Origin: the human T2T-CHM13v2.0 reference genome, Homo sapiens
Reading direction: 5' to 3' (one strand)
Assembly: GCF_009914755.1 (NCBI RefSeq)
Contig: NC_060935.1
DNA length: 64,000 nucleotides
Shown here in pieces: positions 54,369-64,000 of this stretch. The notes below the pieces were generated by a model, which had not been told where the DNA came from, searched no databases, and worked only from the letters and a program-made list of their open reading frames with translations. How positions within the stretch are numbered: position 1 is the stretch's first letter; every line of letters begins with the position of its first letter. The position numbers and the translations under genes were made by a program.

Positions 54369-55248
54369 TAAGATCAGTCTTTGACAAGATCTCAGCTCTA
54401 CAGTGTTTTCAACTCACTTTACTCTTGAATTCATAAGAATGTAAATTTCCAGCAATTTTCTCCTTTTATTTTTCTATAATCGGTCATGGGGTACAGAGTT
54501 CAGAAGAAGTATAGTTATTGAGCATGGTCAGGAGATAAACCTGGTCTTAGAACAGTAGGAATAATTGTTGGAATCTATTAGAACCTCTAACTATGAATCT
54601 CTTGGAATTTTATTGATTCTGAGCAAATTTTTATAAACACATACAAACACATACATAACTGGACATTTTAACTGTTAACTAAGGATGACTAAAACAGTTT
54701 TCCAGAGTCTGAGGGAAGTTTTATTGAGTTGGATTGAAAAACAGCTGTGGAAACGGTCTTTTATTCTCTGTATGTGATTGGCACAGTTAATAGAAAAGGA
54801 TTGGAAGCAGGCTCAACGCCTTCAGTGTTTAGGATGAATGAGATTCCACATCAACCAGAAATGGGGCTGACCCTGTGTAACACGGATACCACATTCTAGG
54901 TGGATGGAGTCAGGGTTTCCCCTCAGTTCCTCTTCATTGGCCCCTCACTTTCATCCACTAGAGCCTGTAACTGTAAACAAGGTTTGGGACGTTGTTGGGA
55001 TCTGTGGTTATTTCACACACAGTGGTGGAGGCAAGGCTGATGGAGAAAGTGACCTGGAAATAGTACATGTGTTAGGAATTATGGCTTTTCATTGGCTGAA
55101 TTTGGTTAAAGAAGGAAGTTAAACTCTCTCAGTTTCCTAGGACAAAAATCCTTCTCAGACTCACAGAGCCAGGCAGTGGAGGTAAGAGAATACGTTATCT
55201 CTAGCCAGCGGAGCTGTATTTGATGAGTGAGCAAAGGTTTATTCATGT

Positions 55249-55682
55249 TGCTATAATTTGGATGCTTGTGCCCTGAAAACTCATGTTGAAATTTGATCCC
55301 CAGTGTTGGAGGTAGGGCCTAATTGGAGGTGTTTGGGTAAAGGGGGCAGATAGCGCATGAATGCCTTGGTGCTGTCCTCTTGGTAATGAGTGAATTCTTG
55401 CTTTATTAGTTTCCATGAGAGCTGGTTGTTAGAAAGAGCCTGGCACCTCCCCATCTTTCTCTCTCTCTGCTTGCTTCTTTCTCTCTCACTGTGTGATCTC
55501 TGTACACGCTGACTCCCCTTCCCCTCCTGCCATGAGTGGGAGCAGTCTGAGATCCTCACCAGTTGCAGATGCCAACCTATGCTTCTGTATAGCCTGCAGA
55601 ACCACGAGCCAAATAAACCTCTTTTCTTTATAAATTACCGAGTCTCAGGTATTTCTTTATAGCAACACAATGAACTAAGACA
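55249..55682 (+). mobile_element. MSTB-like (ERVL-MaLR) solo LTR
   Basis: TG...CA termini; CTCATGTTGAAATTTGATCCCCAGTGTTGGAGGT; AATAAACCTCTTTTCTTTATAAATTACC. Perfect 5-bp TSD CATGT (55244-55248, 55683-55687). Confidence 0.93.
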
Positions 55683-55789
55683 CATGTCAACCCACCTTCC
55701 CATTTTAAGTATGGAAAGGGCAAATAATAGCATGCAAGGGAATAAAAGTAGTGATAAAAAGGGTCATTCACACCGAGTTGCTCTCTGTT

Positions 55790-58400
<2,611 letters not shown>

Positions 58401-58789
58401 TTCCAGGAAGTGTGCTCTATAGCACTGCCTAGAACAGAAGGTAAGTTATTGGAAATAAAGTTAAGGAAAATTGAAAGGGGCAGTTGTCAGTTGCTAAAGT
58501 GCTATGAATGCCACTTACAGTAGAAGATAATAAAGTTTCTTAGTGATGTGGGTGGTACTTTTTGAAAGTGATTTCTGGATGAGGAGGGGAATAGAGGATT
58601 GGTAGAGAAAATGATGACCTTGGTTTTGAACATACTGATGTGTGATTCATTACTACATTAAAACAAGGTAATAATTACAATCATAATGACAGTAAATATT
58701 TTTATTAAGGGTTTGAAATGTCCTAGACACTGTGCTAAGTGCTTTACAGTATTACCTCAATGAATTCCCATTATATTCCTATACCTTTA

Positions 58790-59595
58790 AAGTATTTGTC
58801 TATGTCTTATTTTTTCATTTCAATTAAATATAATGGCTTTATTTTTAAAAAGCAATACAGCACGTCATAAAAATTTAACTTGTAAAAGAGATTATTGAAT
58901 GAAATGTGTTAATATAGCTACCTCTTGCTATCTCAGACCACCAACAGCCCTGTGTAGAAATAATTACTTTTCTTGTTTCTTGGATGTCCTTTTCATGATC
59001 TGGCATGAATATTCGGAAAATATGTACGTATAGATTTATGCATATAACCCTTTTTATTTATAAACTAGAGGCATATTATATATTGTTAAATACCTCCTTT
59101 TTCACTTAGTATGTTGGATATAGTCTCATGTGTGCAACATATAGAATCATATTATATCTTTCTATGCCTATATTGTATTCTTAGTGTGGCTGTGGCATGA
59201 TTTATTTAAACAGATCACTATTGGTGAATCTTTTAGTTTTTTTCCAGGTTTACTTCCAAAAAGAACATTTCAGTGAATAAACTTGTACCTATCTGTGCAC
59301 ATGGTACATGCATATGTTTATCTGTAGAAAAATAATCTTGTAAGTGGATTACTATGTCAAAGGTATGTACATTTTAAATTTTGATAGATATTTCCAACTT
59401 GCCTTCCAAAGAATTTGTAGCAATTTACATTTCTAATAGTAACATATGATAGTACATCTTTCTTTACATCCTCGCCAACAAAGTAGTGTTGGATTATATG
59501 ATCTTTGCCAATCTGATATATATTACATACACACACACACACACGCACACACACACAGAGATAAAATGGTACCTTATTATTTTAACTTGTTCTTC
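58790..59595 (-). mobile_element. ancient L1ME 3' fragment containing (CA)n at 59527-59556
   Basis: CAAAGGTATGTACATTTTAAATTTTGATAGATATTTCCAACTTGCCTTCCAAAGAATTTGTAGCAATTTACATT...TTTACATCCTCGCCAACA. Confidence 0.75.
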
Positions 59596-59603
59596 TTTGA
59601 GCC

Positions 59604-59637
59604 TTTTTTTTTAAACAGGATCTTGCTCTGTCACCCA
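59604..59637 (-). mobile_element. 34-bp Alu 3' stub
   Basis: T9 + AAACAGGATCTTGCTCTGTCACCCA is the antisense Alu 3' terminus and ends abruptly. Confidence 0.65.
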
Positions 59638-59699
59638 CATCCTCCTCCCATCCATATGACCTTTCAAGTCATTTTCTTAGAATTGGCTCTGTAGATTGT

Positions 59700-60460
59700 T
59701 GTCAATTCTTTATCCACATCCATTCCATAAACTGTTCCAATTCCATTTCCAGCCTTATCACTCTTCTCTGACTTAATGTTGGCAGCTCCAGGAGACATAT
59801 CACTGCTGTCACCTTATTTGATGTCTCAGTAGCATTTGACCTTTGTCAATCACCAACCCCCTTCTTGAGACACTTTCTTCTCTTTTCTGTGGTAACACAT
59901 TCTATTGTTTCCCTTGCCACCTTTCTAATTACCCTTTTTTAATAATCTTTGCAGGCTCCTGTTCTATCTAAACTAAATATGTTGAAGTTTTCTAGGCTTC
60001 CAACCTGGTTTCTCTTTTCCTTTTTTTCCCCCCTATAAACGAAGGTGATCACAGATCAACATCTCCAGCCCATATCTTTTCTTTGAGGTCTGAATTTGTA
60101 TCCAAATGCCCAATTACTATTTCAGCTCACAAAATAGTGTGTCTTAAACTCAACTTCTAACTTTCTACTCTAAATATATCTCTGGCAGTCTTTACTATCT
60201 CAGCTTATTATAGCACCGTCCCTCCAATTTGAACACTGGAAGCATGAGAGTCATTCTTGACTTCATCTAGCAAGTCTTGTCTAGTTTCTCTGGAAAATGT
60301 GTCTCAAATTCATATAATTTTACCCATGTTCAAACTGCTATGATCTCTTTTGTGAACTAGTTAAATACCCTCCTTTCTGCTCTCCATATCTCTCCTTCTA
60401 CTCATCCAATCTAATGCAGCCAGAGTGATCTTCGTAAAAAGTATAAATTAAATCATGTGA
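59700..60460 (+). mobile_element. L2 fragment
   Basis: TTGATGTCTCAGTAGCATTTGAC; GAGAGTCATTCTTGACTTC; GCAGCCAGAGTGATCTT...TAAATTAAATCATGT. Confidence 0.75.
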
Positions 60461-63400
60461 ATACTAACTGTGTGTTCAGGGACTTATGAAGGTTATCTCA
60501 TTTATTTTTCAAATGATCTTATGAGACAGGAACTACTATAGCCCTTAAAGAAGTTAAATAATTTACTCAGATGGGGGAACTGAGATTTAGACGCAGGCCA
60601 CTTGGCTTTAGAGCCTATACTCTGAAACACTACGCCATACTCTCTCACAAAAATGTACCATTTTCTTCCTAACAGCAACTTGAACTATTGTAGCTTAATA
60701 CTTCACCTGTATTGCCTCTGGGGACCTTGAAAATTACAGCTGAATTCTTTACAATGGCGATCATTTCTTTTCCTGGCACTCGGCATCAAAGGGAGTCTTG
60801 GTTTAGGCAGCTGAATTAGGACATGCTTGTTGGGGCTGCATCCTGAACTCCTAGAGGGCTCCATTCAGGTGAACAGGATTTTATACACACTATTTTATGA
60901 TGCTGTTGATGGGGATGCACTACAGGAAAAAATCATTTTCTCTGAAAGTACAGATTAATTTAGAAAAGCACCAAGGTGATTCTATGGAAATAGCATATTT
61001 ACATACATTTCTCAGCAACTGCAGAATACCTACTAGTCTCTTATCAGTTAATCATAGTAATCAAAGATGCAGAGAGAGACCGTGTCATTATATGACAATT
61101 TTCCCATGACGATCTGCATAAAAACAAGCACTGCTAGTTCTTTCTCTCCAATCCATCCTCTCTATACTGTTAAATTCATTTTTCTAAAATACAGCCCAAA
61201 TCCAGGAAGTTCGTGGTTTAAACTTCAAAGTCTTCTCTTCCCAACAAAGGCCAGATCTTGCTCTAGCATTTGAAAGCCTCTAGGATCTGGTTCCTATGCT
61301 ATTTTTTCTCAGACTTATCTCTGTCTATTCCATTTATGTACATGATTCCCCTCCCCCCAAAAAAACAGTTAATTTTTCCTACACAAGCTCTATATTCTCA
61401 CTCTGTGTCTTAGTCTTCTTTGTTCTCATATCTTCTTCAACTGAAATGCTTCACCCTACCCAACGTCTGCATTTAAAAATCCTTATTTAAGGTGCGAAAA
61501 CATACAGCATAGTGCTAGGTAGAAATTAAATTATTGTTACTATTTGCTACTCTTTATTTTTCCTGTAGCCTGACTTTTAGTAGAGAAGTGGCTCAGGAAA
61601 TTGGATTAATAAGAATGCAGAGTACAGTGGATAGACTATGTTGGTCAGCTAGAGCCTGCGGCTTGAATAATGAATATTCAGATAGAGGTCTCTGAATCTC
61701 CAGGCTAGTCAGCAAGAGTAGGCATGTGGCCAGCTCTTGGCTGAAGTAGAGAGAAAGGAGCAAGTCCATACATAAGAATTAAGTCAGTATGTGTTTTTAT
61801 GGGGCCATTGGTAGGTAAAAAATATCAAAGGTGTCAACCACGGGGCCATTGGAGGAAAATGATCAGAAGTGTGGTAGACAAAAGATAGCCCGTAGCAGAT
61901 TGCTGGGTGTGTGTTACTCATATGGCATCAAATGGTCTGAGGTCAGAGGGTATAGGGGTGTTTTGCCCAGTCAAGGACCAGTCTTCCCAAACTTTACTGC
62001 TAAATTTCCTTTTATAAGAGCCTTACGGAAGAAAAGGAGGCTTGGAGAAACAAGTGACTTGCTCGAGGTCACACTGCTAGCTGTATTCCTTATGGTGCCA
62101 GTGTTAACAGGTTACACACTGCTTCTCAGAACAATTCTTGTTGGCAGTTACAATACAAATTGTGATAGGATTCAAGCCCTATCACAGGGTGAGTGGAAGG
62201 ACCATTCACACAGATCTTGAATGCTAAAATAACATCTAGCCTTTGCTTGTCAGCCACTGGGAAGACATTGAAGTTTAAAAAATAAACTAGATCTGGGCTG
62301 TATCTTAGTTTAGAGTATGTATATGTCCCTGTCAGCTTATACCTGAACTACAGAGACATTCTGAGAGTATTGAAAGTGTTCATCTGTCATTCAACTTTAA
62401 ACTTGGGTCTTATTACTGTCCCTCACTGCATGTAGTATCATATAAATTAAAACACATTAAATACTTTTATTATTGTCTTGCCAATGACAAAATGAAAATG
62501 CACTATTATGTTAAAAGTGTTAATTTATATAAGGCAAAAGTTATTACCATTTTTGTAATCGTATTTTGGGATTTCATTAAGAAATATACAAGGAGCCTTA
62601 TAAAATAGAAATGACTTGGCAGGGACATGATCATGATGGTGTAGGCTGCACTTGGCACTACCCCAGGGAGCTCTTGTGGATGACTACAGTGAGCGTTCTC
62701 ATTGTAATTACTGCAGGTTTATATTGTTATTATGGTGATTTTCAGGCAGATGACATTGAAATATTGTAAGTAAGAGATGCTTTGTTTCCCTTGTTTGTCC
62801 ACGATTGCCGTTGCAGATAATAGTGATGCTATGTCCTGAGCTTCTCCTGAACACTGAGGTCCTGGACATATGTGCATCAATGTTAGTGTCAAAGATAGTT
62901 TATGTATGCATCATCTCCATTTTCTAGTTTTTCTGGCTGTTTAATTGCTGTAAAATAGACCAATATGCCATTCAACCAGCAATTTCTTTATCTAATAATA
63001 GAGTGATTATAATGGCACCTACTGCATATGATTGCTGATAGCATAAAATGAGATAATGAATACTTTCTAAACATAGTATTTTGTCCAATAGATGTTAACT
63101 CTTATAGTGATCGCTTGATTTATTGATTTATGAAGTTGGCTCTGGGCTCAGTAGGTCAGAGATGAGAGTCTCGCTCTCCACATTACGATCAAGGACTTCT
63201 CTGGCCCTGGGTGAAATGGTGGTTTGCAGGGCTAACTCTAGGGGCATACCAAGAGAATAGAGGCACCAGGGGCATTTCCGGATGAGTGCCATTTATTAGT
63301 CTGTGGTTTATCAGTAGTGGAATTGCCAGTCATCTTACTGTGTTTAGTTCCCTTTGTCTTGATAGCGCAACCACTGTGCGTTTGTGTCTTATGTTTCTAC

Positions 63401-63499
63401 CCCCTCTCACAATACTATAGTTGGGAGAGCTTAGTGGCAAGCTGTGCATAGACCCAGAGACATTAAAAATACACTGTCCAGGATTTTCCTTTTTCAGTG

Positions 63500-63740
63500 T
63501 GATAATGGTTAAGCGCACATCCTCCAGAATTAGACTACCTGGTATTGAATCCTAGCTTTGCCATTTATTAGCAGAGTGACCCTGGACTAGAACTTGACCA
63601 CATAATATGTAGTTTCCTCAGTTATACAATGGGGGTAAGACATACTTATCTTTTATGGTGTAGGAATTAAAGGTGATAATTCATACAATATATTTATAAC
63701 AATATCTGGCACCTAAAATTAAATAAATGTTAACTATTAT
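63500..63740 (+). mobile_element. MIR SINE
   Basis: ATAATGGTTAAGCGCAC...TTGAATCCTAGCTTTGCCATTTATTAGCAGAGTGACCCTGG...AGTTTCCTCAGTTATACAATGGGG...AATAAATGTTAACTATTATT. Confidence 0.75.
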
Positions 63741-63759
63741 TTCTGTGTTTACATGTTTA

Positions 63760-64000
63760 GCTATTCATCTAAATATTTATTGAGTACCTATAATATGTTC
63801 AACATTATTCTGAGTATTGGGGGGCACAATGAGCCACACTGTCATGGAACCCACATGCTAGTGGAAGAAATAGGTGACAAATAAAAAGTGAATAAATGAA
63901 CTCCATACTTTCAGGATGATGTAAAAGGTAGAGGTGACTTTTGAGTTGAGACATAAAAGGGACTAGCTTTGGTCAAAGTTTATTTTAGTCTGGGCACAGT
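63760..64000 (-). mobile_element. L2 3' end (runs off window)
   Basis: ATTCATCTAAATATTTATTGAGTACCTA tail followed by L2 body. Confidence 0.65.

Noticed and set aside
61831-62220. 129-aa ORF
   Set aside because: GTG start, no recognisable domain, and it overlaps a MIR-like segment (AAGTGACTTGCTCGAGGTCACACTGCTAG).

Overview
This is AT-rich, CpG-depleted primate (most likely human) non-coding DNA, either deep intronic or intergenic. I could not recognise any protein-coding exon, RNA gene, CpG island or promoter. The supplied ORFs are Alu/L1/LTR read-throughs or chance ORFs. Most of the window is a layered record of transposons: 13 Alu/FLAM pieces, four primate L1 insertions (L1PA/L1PB), several ancient L1M/L1ME and L2 fragments, many MIRs, hAT-Charlie MITEs (MER20, MER3, MER33, MER5 cluster), three solo LTRs (LTR33, MER21, MSTB) and several microsatellites. 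I do not see evidence for a new biological system. The best observations are mechanistic scars: (1) a 3.2-kb twin-primed, 5'-inverted L1PA with a target-site duplication (TSD), nested in an older L1; (2) a ~106-bp local copy of an L1ME segment placed 2.4 kb away; (3) a ~400-bp unrecognised insert flanked by CpG-decayed direct repeats; (4) Alus with internal duplications or microhomology deletions; (5) a close inverted Alu pair; (6) a few weak candidate exons. Subfamily names come from recalled consensus sequences, and boundaries of old repeats are approximate.
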